Source: Pseudomonadota bacterium (GTDB lineage: Bacteria > Pseudomonadota > Alphaproteobacteria > Paracaedibacterales > UBA11393). Taken from it: DNA of 39,152 nt. The stretch spans positions 1-39,152 of the forward strand of contig JAGOTX010000002.1 in assembly GCA_018061565.1 (NCBI GenBank), in the 5' to 3' direction. A program made the position numbers and the translations under genes. The notes under the pieces are model-generated. The model was not told the origin of the DNA. It searched no databases and saw only the letters and a list, made by a program, of their open reading frames with translations. Positions 1 to 12,829 of this stretch are shown in pieces (positions within the stretch are counted from its first letter, which is position 1; each line of letters starts with the position of its first letter).

Positions 1-1425
1 CATTCTTTAAAAAAGTCTGAAAATTCCACTATCAAAAAAACGCGTAACAACTTAACCGATTTTATTCGAAAGCATATAAACGGCCAAGCAGGTGAAATTG
101 CGATCGCCGTTACAACAGGTTTTAGAAACGGCATATCAAATGAAGTCCGTCAAGATTTTGCAAATTCAGGATTATCGCATATCTTAGCGATTTCAGGACT
201 CCATATTAGCCTTGTTGCAGGACTTATTTTTTTAGTCTTTAGGCGTATTTTAGCTTGTATTCCACCCATTACGCGACGATTTAACACAAAAAAAATAGCC
301 TGTTTTTTAAGTATACCTGCAATTTATTATTATGTTGCCCTTTCAGGATACGGCTACCCTGCTATTCGATCTTTTTATATGACATCCCTTATTTTTATAA
401 GTGTTATATTGGACCGTCAGCCTTTAAGCATCAGATCAATTGCAATTGCAGCCTTTTTAATTCTGCTTGTTTTTCCAGAAAGTGCGACATCTGTAAGCTT
501 TGAATTATCTTTTGCTGCCGTTTTAGGGCTTATTGCATTTTATGAAAAGCCTTGGTGGAATTTAAAATTATGGAGTTTAAAGAAAAAACCTTTCGCTAAA
601 TATTTTGTTTATATCATTGGCGTTATGACAACAACCCTAATTGCAACGCTTTCAACCACACCCATTAGCCTTTATTATTTTAATCAATACACACTCAATG
701 CTGTTTTTGCAAATATGCTAGCAATCCCCCTAACGGGACTGTTTATTATGCCCCTTGCAACACTTTGTGTTTTATCCTATTTCACAATTGATTACAAATT
801 GCTTTTTGACCTTTGGGGATACAGTGTTGATATTTTAATTTACATTGCTCATACAGTTGGTAATTGGCCAGGATCCAATCTTAAAATTGCTCAACCTTCT
901 GTAACGTATGCTATTTTATTTGGATTTGGTTTTTTATGGGTTTGTTTGTTTACAACGCGGATTCGTCATATTGGTTATATTTTCATTATAAGTGCATTTA
1001 TGACGCTTTTTGATAAAAGCCATATTCCAGATATTTATATGGCAGGTGATGGTTCTGTCATTGCATATTTAAAGGATGAACAATTTTATATATCCCCAGT
1101 AAAAGGTACAAAAGGATCATTCTTCTATAATCAATGGCGCCAAGAGCAAGGTTTTTTAGACCATAAAATTTTTGGCATAGAACAACCCTTTAAAGAAATT
1201 ACATTGATCTTTAACCCTTGGGAAATTGATAAAAATATTTTAAAAAACATAGATTGCCCTTCAAAAATTTTAACAAATGGATATCTTAAAAAATGCTATG
1301 ACAAAAGCATATATATTGTTGATCGATCACATTTAAAAAAAGATGGGACGCATTTTATATGGCTTGACCCTTTTAAAGTTAAAACAATTAAACAATCTTT
1401 AGGGATTAGACCGTGGGTTATATAA
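1..1425 (+). CDS. comEC: ComEC/Rec2-family competence/DNA-uptake membrane protein (5' end outside window)
   Basis: Frame 1 has no stop from base 1 and runs into the listed ORF 379..1425. The upstream translation contains the ComEC signature ...FANSGLSHILAISGLHISLVAGLIF..., followed by many hydrophobic helices. I see no HxHxDH metallo-beta-lactamase motif in the last ~140 aa. Confidence 0.75.
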   Translation, partial: HSLKKSENSTIKKTRNNLTDFIRKHINGQAGEIAIAVTTGFRNGISNEVRQDFANSGLSHILAISGLHISLVAGLIFLVFRRILACIPPITRRFNTKKIACFLSIPAIYYYVALSGYGYPAIRSFYMTSLIFISVILDRQPLSIRSIAIAAFLILLVFPESATSVSFELSFAAVLGLIAFYEKPWWNLKLWSLKKKPFAKYFVYIIGVMTTTLIATLSTTPISLYYFNQYTLNAVFANMLAIPLTGLFIMPLATLCVLSYFTIDYKLLFDLWGYSVDILIYIAHTVGNWPGSNLKIAQPSVTYAILFGFGFLWVCLFTTRIRHIGYIFIISAFMTLFDKSHIPDIYMAGDGSVIAYLKDEQFYISPVKGTKGSFFYNQWRQEQGFLDHKIFGIEQPFKEITLIFNPWEIDKNILKNIDCPSKILTNGYLKKCYDKSIYIVDRSHLKKDGTHFIWLDPFKVKTIKQSLGIRPWVI

Positions 1426-1430
1426 GATCT

Positions 1431-2069
1431 TTAAATACCCATATCATTAATAGGAATGGTATAAATTAGGCATAAAACAAAGCCTTCTTTAATGTCTAAT
1501 ACAACCTCTTCATTTTGAACTCTGTTTAAGGCTGAATTTTTAAAAGCAAATGATAGTTTTTCATTCTCTAAGTCCCATTTTAGGCCTTTTGTAGAAAGAA
1601 CAGCATTGCCAAAAAGGGAAATTTTAGTATTTTTTTCTAACGTTAGAACTGTTTTATTTCTTAAAATTTTGCCAATGAGGGGGGGGGTATAGATAATGAC
1701 GTCGTTTTTAATAGCGATGTCAATATTGTTTAATATTTGATCTAAATATCCGCCATTCATCCCTAAAACAAGGGTTGGAAGAAGATTATTTTCGCTTAAA
1801 TAGCTTAAAGACTTTTCAAAATCATTTGTATTTTGATCTATATTTTTAAGTGTTTTAACCTTATTTTGATATTCTTGCTTTGCAGAATCAAGATCACCAA
1901 TCACACATAATGGCCAAATATCATTAATAGCTAATTTATTAAGGGCGCCATCGGCTGCAATGAGGGGAACGTTTATTGCTTTTAAAAAAGTAAGATCCGG
2001 TAAATCACCATCTAAACATAAGACTGACTTGAATACAAAAATAGGGTTATTTTTTAAGATGTTGATCAT
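1431..2069 (-). CDS. thiamine pyrophosphokinase (TPK/ThiN-like)
   Basis: 212 aa with the TPK-type pattern: IAADGA...VIGDLDS (GDxDS), DQNTNDFEKSL (DxxDFEKAL-like), LGMNGGYLDQ (GxxGGRxDH-like, degenerate) and a C-terminal thiamine-binding-like beta region. The start overlaps the upstream gene by 23 nt. Confidence 0.6.
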   Translation of the reverse strand: MINILKNNPIFVFKSVLCLDGDLPDLTFLKAINVPLIAADGALNKLAINDIWPLCVIGDLDSAKQEYQNKVKTLKNIDQNTNDFEKSLSYLSENNLLPTLVLGMNGGYLDQILNNIDIAIKNDVIIYTPPLIGKILRNKTVLTLEKNTKISLFGNAVLSTKGLKWDLENEKLSFAFKNSALNRVQNEEVVLDIKEGFVLCLIYTIPINDMGI

Positions 2070-2319
2070 AGGTTCTTTTTTGAAGCATTAAAAATAAACA
2101 CATTAATGTGCCAAACACATTACTGTAAACCACAAAATGTGCATCTGTTAGCACCCCATAATTAACCCAACTGATAGAACACACGAGATAATTAATAAGG
2201 TAAAGATGCGACAAATCTTTGGTAGACTTTGATTGATGCGCTTTTATAATTTGAGGGATGAGTCCAATTAATGTTGTGATTAAAGAGACCCATCCAAAAA
2301 AATCGGCAGCAGATGTCAT
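2047..2319 (-). CDS. SemiSWEET / PQ-loop (MtN3-like) 3-TM small transporter
   Basis: About 90 aa with three hydrophobic helices. It has the PQ motif (LIGLIPQIIKAHQSKSTKDLS) and W..YG (SWVNYGVL), typical of bacterial SemiSWEETs. I prefer the ATG at 2319 (MTSAADFF...), 1 nt after the typA stop, to the listed 2358 start that overlaps typA. Confidence 0.55.
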   Translation of the reverse strand: MTSAADFFGWVSLITTLIGLIPQIIKAHQSKSTKDLSHLYLINYLVCSISWVNYGVLTDAHFVVYSNVFGTLMCLFLMLQKRTYDQHLKK

Positions 2320-2320
2320 T

Positions 2321-4141
2321 TTAGTCTTTTTGTGAACGCTCAGCTCTTTTACGATCATTAGGATCCAAAATCGCTTTTCTAAGACGAATAGATTTTGGCG
2401 TTACTTCAACGCGTTCATCATTTTGAATGTAGCTTATGGCTTGTTCTAACGTCATGGTACGGGGGGGGGTCAGACGAATCGCTTCGTCCTTACCGGAAGC
2501 ACGCATGTTTGTTAATTGCTTTGCCTTTAAAGGATTCACTTCCATATCATTATCACGGCTGTTTTCACCAATGATCATGCCTTGATAAACTTTATCGCCC
2601 GGGTTTACAAAAAGTGTGCCCCGTTCTTCTAAATTCCAAAGTGCATATGCCACAGCTTCACCGTCCCCTGTTGATAAAAGAACACCTTCACGGCGGCCTT
2701 CAATTTCACCTTTGTATGGACCATAGGCATGGAATAGTCTGTTCATAACACCTGTTCCACGTGTCTGTGTTAAAAAGAGGCCGTGATAGCCAATGAGCCC
2801 TCTGGATGGGACATGGAAAATAACACGCGTTTTTCCACCACCAGATGGACGCATGTCAACCATATCGCCTTTTCTAAGGCTTAAAGATTCAACAACAGAA
2901 CCTGAATATTCATCATCAACATCGATAACGACTTCTTCATACGGTTCTAACCTTTGGCCATTTTCGTCTGTTTTAAAAAGAACACGCGGACGGCTAATTG
3001 AAAGTTCAAACCCTTCACGACGCATTGTTTCAATTAAAACGCCTAGCTGAAGTTCACCACGCCCTGCAACTTCAAAAGAATCTTTTTCTGCAGATTGTGT
3101 AATACGAATAGCAACGTTTCCTTCAGATTCTTTAAAGAGACGATCTGCAACCATGCGGGATGTGAGCTTTGAACCCTCACGACCAGCAAGGGGAGAATCG
3201 TTAATTGAAAACTGCATGGAAAGCGTTGGAGGGTCAATCGGTTGCGCTTTTAAAGGCTGATCAACTTCTGGAACGGCAATTGTATCTGCCACTGTTGCTT
3301 TTGTAAGCCCTGCAATTGCAATAATATCACCCGATTCAGCATGTTCAACAGGAATGCGGTCTAACCCTCTAAAGCTTAAAATTTTAGAGATTCTAGCAAG
3401 TTCAACAACAGAACCATCATGACTCAATGCCCTAATTGCTGTGTTTGTTTTGATACTTCCTGTTTCAACACGACCTGTTAAAATACGCCCTAAATAAGGG
3501 TCAGATTCAAGCGTTGTTACAAGCATTGAAAAGGGAAGGTCCAATTTTTGAACAGGGGATGGAACATGCTTTAAAATTAAGTCAAAAACACAGTGAAGAT
3601 TTTCTCTTGGATCAGCAAGATCTACAACAGCCCAACCATTACGGCCTGATGCATAAATTGTTGGAAAATCAAGCTGTTGGTCATTTGCATCTAAGCTTAC
3701 AAAAAGGTCAAAAATTTCATCCAAAACTTCTTGATGGCGTTCGTCAGAACGGTCGATTTTATTGATTAAAACAATAGGCTTAAGCCCTAACTTTAAAGCT
3801 TTTGATAAAACGAATTTTGTTTGTGGCATAGGGCCTTCAGCGGCATCTACAAGTAAAAGAACGCCGTCAACCATGCTTAAAATACGTTCAACTTCGCCAC
3901 CAAAGTCCGCGTGACCTGGTGTATCCACGATGTTGATACGGGTATCCTTCCAATTTAAAGAAGTACATTTTGCAAGAATGGTAATACCACGCTCACGTTC
4001 CAGATCATTAGAGTCCATCGCACGTTCAGCGACGTTTTGATGCGCCCTAAAGGTACCACTTTGTTGTAAAAGAGTATCAACCAAAGTTGTTTTCCCGTGG
4101 TCAACGTGAGCAATGATTGCAATATTACGAATATTAGTCAT
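2321..4141 (-). CDS. typA: translational GTPase TypA/BipA
   Basis: 606 aa. The N-terminus [22 protein letters not shown]..., [14 protein letters not shown] and NKIDR G-motifs, and full-length colinearity are all typical of BipA. Confidence 0.95.
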   Translation of the reverse strand: MTNIRNIAIIAHVDHGKTTLVDTLLQQSGTFRAHQNVAERAMDSNDLERERGITILAKCTSLNWKDTRINIVDTPGHADFGGEVERILSMVDGVLLLVDAAEGPMPQTKFVLSKALKLGLKPIVLINKIDRSDERHQEVLDEIFDLFVSLDANDQQLDFPTIYASGRNGWAVVDLADPRENLHCVFDLILKHVPSPVQKLDLPFSMLVTTLESDPYLGRILTGRVETGSIKTNTAIRALSHDGSVVELARISKILSFRGLDRIPVEHAESGDIIAIAGLTKATVADTIAVPEVDQPLKAQPIDPPTLSMQFSINDSPLAGREGSKLTSRMVADRLFKESEGNVAIRITQSAEKDSFEVAGRGELQLGVLIETMRREGFELSISRPRVLFKTDENGQRLEPYEEVVIDVDDEYSGSVVESLSLRKGDMVDMRPSGGGKTRVIFHVPSRGLIGYHGLFLTQTRGTGVMNRLFHAYGPYKGEIEGRREGVLLSTGDGEAVAYALWNLEERGTLFVNPGDKVYQGMIIGENSRDNDMEVNPLKAKQLTNMRASGKDEAIRLTPPRTMTLEQAISYIQNDERVEVTPKSIRLRKAILDPNDRKRAERSQKD

Positions 4142-4260
4142 GAATAAAAAATTTTAAATATATGAATGGAATTCTACCATATTTAATCTTTAAAAGTCAA
4201 CTTTATAATCAATGAAAACTTACAAAAACACCACCCTCTTTCATAAAAAATATAGAAATT

Positions 4261-5430
4261 CTATAATGGGTCACCCGTCCGCTTCACCTCCTCGTGATAA
4301 TAGGAATGATATTGATATGCCCACTCTAACCACGGGAAAAGTTTTTCAATATCGGACTTGTCCATTGTAGGACCTAACCAAATGCGAAGGCTTGGCGGTT
4401 GTTCTGAATGGTTAATAAAGTCATATGCAACGTTTTCTTGCTTTAAAAGACTTGTCATTTGAGATAAAACTTTACGTTGATCACCTTCATTCAGTTTTAA
4501 AAAAGCAGGATCAATAATACTAAAGACACCCAAACAGCAAGATTGCAACGCTTCGTCTTTTAAAACATGCTGAAATAGAGTTGACTGATTTAAACAAGTT
4601 TTAAAAACATTTTGATTATCACGAGATGTTTTATAAGCACTTTCTGCATTATAAATGCTATGACAAAATAATATTTCTTCTAATACTAAAAGAGAGGGGG
4701 TATTTAAAAGCTTAGCACTAAAGACAGCGTTATCACCATCTTTTAAGCGTAGTATTCTAGGAATTGGCCAATTTGGGGTATACGTTTGTAACCGAGCATA
4801 AGCTTTTGGGCTTAAAACCAAGCACCCAAGACCTGCCTCACTCCCTAAGCCTTTTTGGTATGAAAAAGCAGTCACATCCAACTTTTTAAAGGGTAATGGC
4901 ACACTATAGGCTGCGGATGTGGCATCGCACATAACAAGGCCTTCTCTTTTTGATGAAAGCCAATCAAGGGAAGGCATTAAAACGCCCGATGTACTGCCAT
5001 TATAACAAAATAAAAGATCCTCTTTTGAATTTGTATCAATCAATTCTGGAATACTGCGAAATGGCGTAACATCAACCTTTACAGCGCATGATGGTTTTAA
5101 TTCTTTCAAAATATCATTCGCCCATCTTTTTGAAAATGTATCAAAATCAAGGACTCTTATATCAAAAGCACCAACAAGATTCCAAAGTGCTGATTCCATG
5201 GCTGCTGTTGCAGAACCAACAACAAGGGCTACATAATAGTCTTTTGGAATATGAAGGGCATCTCTGGTTGCATCAACGACATCTTGTATGCGCGAAACAC
5301 CAATTTCAGACCTGTGTGAATGGCCTAAAATTTCTGTATTAATTAAGGAAATATCCCATCCATTTGGTTTTCTAACAGGTCCTGCTCCAAAGCATGGATT
5401 TTTTGGTTTTATGAACGGTTTTTGAAACAT
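4261..5430 (-). CDS. serC: phosphoserine aminotransferase (long alphaproteobacterial-type SerC)
   Basis: 389 aa. The N-terminal KPKNPCFGAGPVRKPNGW resembles the ...P.NP.FSSGPC.KRPGW start of the ~390-aa SerC class. FSYQKGLGSEAGLG matches the PLP-lysine region (SWQK.LGGE). Confidence 0.75.
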   Translation of the reverse strand: MFQKPFIKPKNPCFGAGPVRKPNGWDISLINTEILGHSHRSEIGVSRIQDVVDATRDALHIPKDYYVALVVGSATAAMESALWNLVGAFDIRVLDFDTFSKRWANDILKELKPSCAVKVDVTPFRSIPELIDTNSKEDLLFCYNGSTSGVLMPSLDWLSSKREGLVMCDATSAAYSVPLPFKKLDVTAFSYQKGLGSEAGLGCLVLSPKAYARLQTYTPNWPIPRILRLKDGDNAVFSAKLLNTPSLLVLEEILFCHSIYNAESAYKTSRDNQNVFKTCLNQSTLFQHVLKDEALQSCCLGVFSIIDPAFLKLNEGDQRKVLSQMTSLLKQENVAYDFINHSEQPPSLRIWLGPTMDKSDIEKLFPWLEWAYQYHSYYHEEVKRTGDPL

Positions 5431-5443
5431 TTTATTGTTCCTT

Positions 5444-7769
<2,326 letters not shown>

Positions 7770-7781
7770 CCAAATATCCCC

Positions 7782-8825
<1,044 letters not shown>

Positions 8826-8894
8826 CTACTTATTTTACAGTGCTTTTTCTTGTGCTTTGACTCTACAGTAAAATGTATTAATGAATCAAGCTTT

Positions 8895-10016
8895 TTATGG
8901 AAAAACGAATTGTTTAAATGAACCATAAAAATCCAAAGGCTTTAATAGAGAATCAATCATATGATGCATTTTACGACGCACATTACAACTTATAACCATA
9001 TCAGCATGAAAACTTAATGTTTCAGGGGAAAAATAAGAATCAAGTTCATTTATTTCTCCCTTGAAATAAGCACTTAAGACATGGATATAGCTATTGATCT
9101 TATGTGCAGTGGCAACATTCAGCATACTGCCTAAATAAGGCACTTTAACAATTTGCCCTGGATGTGCCGCCGGATGCGTAAAGAAATAAGAAAAATATTT
9201 AAAAAGAATAGACATATCAAGAGCAGGATTTTCTGTACTAAAAAAACTTTTCAAATAATCATTCACTTTATTAACAGCATAATGACCAAAATTGAAAACT
9301 TCAGGAATAGGATCGTAGTCTTGTTGAAAATTTATAATTTTATCACTCATAGCTTTATTTAATGCGTTTGCAGATAAAACATCCATTACATGGGGGGTTG
9401 CAAAGCATATTGTTTTAATTTTTGCATTATAATCTTTTAAAAATGAATGTGTTCCTAAAATAGCTAAAGCACCGCCTAAACTGTGACCTGTAAAATAAAC
9501 ACTTTCATTTAGAAAACAATCAAAACTTTCCCCTTTATCCAATGCAATTTTCTTCAAAGCATTGGTTAAATTTTTTTGAAGAGAAGAGAAAATTTTTAAC
9601 ATTCCGTTATGATAAAAGTTTTCACGATTTTTATCCCTTGCCCAATTACACCAGAGATCCATCAAAAAATTTGACATATTATCACTGCCACGAAACCCAA
9701 CGTAATATTTATCATCCTTCTTAACGATTGAATAAAATATACCATAGGAACGATCTTCATGCTGATGGATTGATGTATATTGATCTTTTTCATCATTCCA
9801 AAAATAAACACTTTTAGAAAATTTGACAGCATTCATAATGTCTTGTTGATTAAATTCGCCAAAACGCCGCCTTAAACGAACAACAGTTTGGGATGATTTT
9901 GTACTGTCTGTTTCAACAACGGGTTGCAAAGGATTCGACATTGCAGAAGCTGTTATAGCCATTTTTAAAATAAATGCTTTAATTTTAAAAAATCGTGATC
10001 TAAATTTCATAAACAT
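8895..10016 (-). CDS. secreted class-3 (fungal-type) lipase family protein
   Basis: It has an N-terminal signal-like segment (KIKAFILKMAITASAMS). The nucleophile elbow FTGHSLGGALA sits in a Lipase_3-like context (YVGFRGSDN... upstream). The true start may be the ATG 2 codons downstream. Confidence 0.7.
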   Translation of the reverse strand: MFMKFRSRFFKIKAFILKMAITASAMSNPLQPVVETDSTKSSQTVVRLRRRFGEFNQQDIMNAVKFSKSVYFWNDEKDQYTSIHQHEDRSYGIFYSIVKKDDKYYVGFRGSDNMSNFLMDLWCNWARDKNRENFYHNGMLKIFSSLQKNLTNALKKIALDKGESFDCFLNESVYFTGHSLGGALAILGTHSFLKDYNAKIKTICFATPHVMDVLSANALNKAMSDKIINFQQDYDPIPEVFNFGHYAVNKVNDYLKSFFSTENPALDMSILFKYFSYFFTHPAAHPGQIVKVPYLGSMLNVATAHKINSYIHVLSAYFKGEINELDSYFSPETLSFHADMVISCNVRRKMHHMIDSLLKPLDFYGSFKQFVFP

Positions 10017-10150
10017 ATAACTTTCTAAGCTTTTTTGGACTCTATCAAAAATTTTTCTTATTTGTCAAGAAAAATAGAAAATTATGCAAGTTTAAAACCT
10101 TTTAAAAAGATAATTCATATTTGAAAAATAATTAAAATGCTATATTAAAC

Positions 10151-11020
10151 TTAAAAATAATTGCTTTTATTTTCTTCAATATTATTTCCTATAGGAATTA
10201 AAGGAGCTTCATTTTCAGAGATATCTTTATTGATAAATAAAATGGGTTCATTTTCATAATAACGCTGTTCTTTTTGCTTTAACATTCGCACAAGTGCATT
10301 CCATTCAATTTCATAATTTTTAATTGTTTTTAATTGACTTGTTTGATTTAAAACTTTTTCACAAATTTCTTTTTCAGGCAGCACAATATCGCGACCTGTA
10401 GACAGCGCCATAAGCTGAACAATTGCTGCTTTTTCTAAAGTATGCATTGAACAAAACGCTTCAGATAATTCTGAACCCACTGTTAGTGTTCCATGATTTC
10501 TCATAATCATAACATTTTTGTCACCCATTGTTTTTAAAATGTCTTCTTGTTCTTCCTTTTCAACGGAAATTCCTTGATAATCGTAATAAGCAATTTTACC
10601 GTAGAAATGGCAGCTTTGTTGACAAATAGGCAAGAGCCCTTCTTTTAAGGCAGAAATAGCCATGCCATTTACAGTATGTAAATGAACAATAGCATTAACA
10701 TCCTTACGAGCATTATAAATAGCACCATGTATATTTTCACCCGCTGGATTATAACCAAACGGATTCTTACCGATAATTTCGCCTTCTAAATTTACTTTTA
10801 ATAAATTGTGCGGTTCAATTTCACTAAATAAAAGCCCAAAAGGATTGATAAGATAATGATTGGGTTCTGAAGGAATACGAACAGAGATATGCGTGTATAT
10901 TAAATCATCCCACCCCAAAAGAGCGCATAACCGATAAGCATATGTAAGCTGTATTCTTAACTGCTGCTCTTCACATGAAAAAATTGGGGACAATTTGGGC
11001 GCTGATACTTTTTCAGACAT
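10151..11020 (-). CDS. class II aldolase/adducin N-terminal domain family protein
   Basis: 289 aa. The pattern ...THISVR...NPFG...HGAIY...VHLHT...NHGTLTVG... matches the metal-binding His residues and overall layout of class II aldolase/adducin-head proteins. It has a C-terminal ~50-aa extension. Confidence 0.7.
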   Translation of the reverse strand: MSEKVSAPKLSPIFSCEEQQLRIQLTYAYRLCALLGWDDLIYTHISVRIPSEPNHYLINPFGLLFSEIEPHNLLKVNLEGEIIGKNPFGYNPAGENIHGAIYNARKDVNAIVHLHTVNGMAISALKEGLLPICQQSCHFYGKIAYYDYQGISVEKEEQEDILKTMGDKNVMIMRNHGTLTVGSELSEAFCSMHTLEKAAIVQLMALSTGRDIVLPEKEICEKVLNQTSQLKTIKNYEIEWNALVRMLKQKEQRYYENEPILFINKDISENEAPLIPIGNNIEENKSNYF

Positions 11021-11292
11021 TTGTAACTCTCAATAGTATTTTGTATCTTCAGTTTGTATGCCTAATTATTAACAAAAGGTTAATTCTTGAAGGATTTTTG
11101 AAAAAAAAGCATTAAGTGGAAAATTTTTCAAAAACTTAACAAACAAAAGAAATAGATAACTTATATTGTAAGTTTATAAAAACCAAAATTCAAACATATC
11201 TTATTGTATAAAATTATATTTTATCCTTTATTTTTCAAGAGATTCGTTCTAAAATTCCATCAAGTAAATTTTTTATTATAAGTGATCACATT

Positions 11293-11937
11293 ATGTTGTT
11301 TTTTTTAGATTCTGCAAACATTGAAGAATTAATTCCCCTATTAGAAACAGGGCTTATTGATGGCATTACAACAAACCCAAGTTTAATTGCTAAAAGTGGT
11401 AAAAAAGCAGAAGATGTTATTGCACAATTTTGTGAAAAAATTGAAGGGCCCGTCAGCATTGAAGTTACGGCAACAGATGCTGAAAATATGATTCGTGAAG
11501 GAAAAGCATTTGCCAATATTGCAGAAAATATTGCAGTAAAATTACCCCTTACAATGGAAGGTTTAAAAGCGTGTTATGCTCTTTCTCAAGAAGAAATTAT
11601 GACCAATGTAACACTTTGTTTTTCAGCAACGCAAGCATTAATGGCCGCAAAAGCTGGTGCAACTTTTGTTTCCCCCTTTATTGGTCGTTTAGATGACATT
11701 GGTCAAGATGGTATGATTTTAATTCAAGATATTGCAAAAATTTTTGAAACACACCATTTAGATACAATGATTTTAGCAGCATCTATTAGAGGGCCACTTC
11801 ATGTTCTGCAAGCTGCAAAAGCTGGCGCACATATTGCAACCATTCCAGCCAAAATTATTCATCAAATGATTCAGCATCCTTTAACAGATAAGGGAATTGA
11901 ACAGTTTGAAAAAGACTATAAACTTTCGGTAAAATAA
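11293..11937 (+). CDS. transaldolase family 3B / fructose-6-phosphate aldolase-like
   Basis: 214 aa. FLDSANIEEL...GITTNPSLI...VKLP...TNVTLCFS...GATFVSPFIGRLDD is the short TalC/FsaA-type signature, including the Schiff-base Lys region. Confidence 0.85.
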   Translation: MLFFLDSANIEELIPLLETGLIDGITTNPSLIAKSGKKAEDVIAQFCEKIEGPVSIEVTATDAENMIREGKAFANIAENIAVKLPLTMEGLKACYALSQEEIMTNVTLCFSATQALMAAKAGATFVSPFIGRLDDIGQDGMILIQDIAKIFETHHLDTMILAASIRGPLHVLQAAKAGAHIATIPAKIIHQMIQHPLTDKGIEQFEKDYKLSVK

Positions 11938-11989
11938 TTTATGTACTTCATGTTTTGTTCTATTATATGTAATAATGGAGATAGATTTA

Positions 11990-12133
11990 ATGAACTCATT
12001 CAGTAAATTAAGGGGTGCCATGTCTAAAGTTGCAAACGATAATACGATTCCAACCAATGTTTGGTTATTTAAATTTGTCAAAGTTGGTATTGTTATTGCA
12101 ATACTAACCGCGCTTTTTTTAATATTTTCTTAA
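11990..12133 (+). CDS. possible small tail-anchored membrane protein (47 aa)
   Basis: This ORF is below the ORF-track cutoff: MNSFSKLRGAMSKVANDNTIPTNVWLFKFVKVGIVIAILTALFLIFS. GGAGA lies 8 nt upstream of the ATG. It has one C-terminal hydrophobic helix. I recognise no family. Confidence 0.25.
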   Translation: MNSFSKLRGAMSKVANDNTIPTNVWLFKFVKVGIVIAILTALFLIFS

Positions 12134-12153
12134 AAAAACAATAGGGTTAAGCT

Positions 12154-12819
12154 TTGAAGCAGTCTTTTCTTTTTAAAGATACATCTCTAAAAGAGGAGGC
12201 TTCTTCTTTTATTGTGACTGATAGTAATGAAGCTGCTTATAATTGGATTCTTAATTGGCCTAAAAAAACAGATGTTTTTGCAACATTTCTTTTAGGGCCT
12301 TCAAAAAGTGGTAAAAAGAAATTATCCCTTATTTGGGGGCAAGAAAATAATGCAAACATTGTTGATTTAAATTCATTTCATTTATCTGAAGAAGTCATTT
12401 CAGAAATTTATGAACCTTGCATTTGTTATTTGCCACCTGAATTGTCCTTAGAGCAGCAAACTTTTCTTTTTCATCTCTTTAATCATTTAAAAACAAAAGG
12501 GCAACATCTTCTTTTTGTTGCAGAGCAATCTATTCAACACTATCAGTTAGAACTGAATGATTTAAAATCTAGGTTGCTTACGGCGCACATTATAGAGATT
12601 TCACCACCTGATGAAGTTCTTTTAAAAGCGCTTTACTTTAAATATTTTCATCAATTTGGCTTAAACGTATCATCGGATGTTATTGATTACTTAAGCATTC
12701 GATTTGATAGAACTTATCAAAGCGTATTTGACATAAGCACTATATTGAACAAGCAATCCCTTCTCTTAAAAAGGACGATAACGATTCCTTTTGTTAAAGA
12801 AATTTTAGACTATAAATAG
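12154..12819 (+). CDS. hdaA: HdaA-like DnaA-related regulatory protein
   Basis: The N-terminal FIVTDSNEAAYNWILNWPKK...LLGPSKSGKKKLSLIW parallels the HdaA pattern F.V..SN..A...I..WP.W....L.GP.GSGKSHL..IW. The Walker A is degenerate (GKK instead of GKS/T). The start codon is TTG. Confidence 0.65.
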   Translation: MKQSFLFKDTSLKEEASSFIVTDSNEAAYNWILNWPKKTDVFATFLLGPSKSGKKKLSLIWGQENNANIVDLNSFHLSEEVISEIYEPCICYLPPELSLEQQTFLFHLFNHLKTKGQHLLFVAEQSIQHYQLELNDLKSRLLTAHIIEISPPDEVLLKALYFKYFHQFGLNVSSDVIDYLSIRFDRTYQSVFDISTILNKQSLLLKRTITIPFVKEILDYK

Positions 12820-12829
12820 AGAGATAAAT

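Noticed and set aside
2793-3765. ORFs 2793..3050(+), 3043..3237(-) and 3514..3765(+) inside typA
   Set aside because: They lie antisense or out of frame within a full-length, strongly conserved typA. Their translations are low-complexity or unfamiliar.
12020-12050. ANDN motif (GCAAACGATAAT) reminiscent of alphaproteobacterial tmRNA tag starts
   Set aside because: The frame continues for another ~30 codons without a stop, and no tRNA-like domain is nearby. It is part of the small 47-aa ORF candidate instead.
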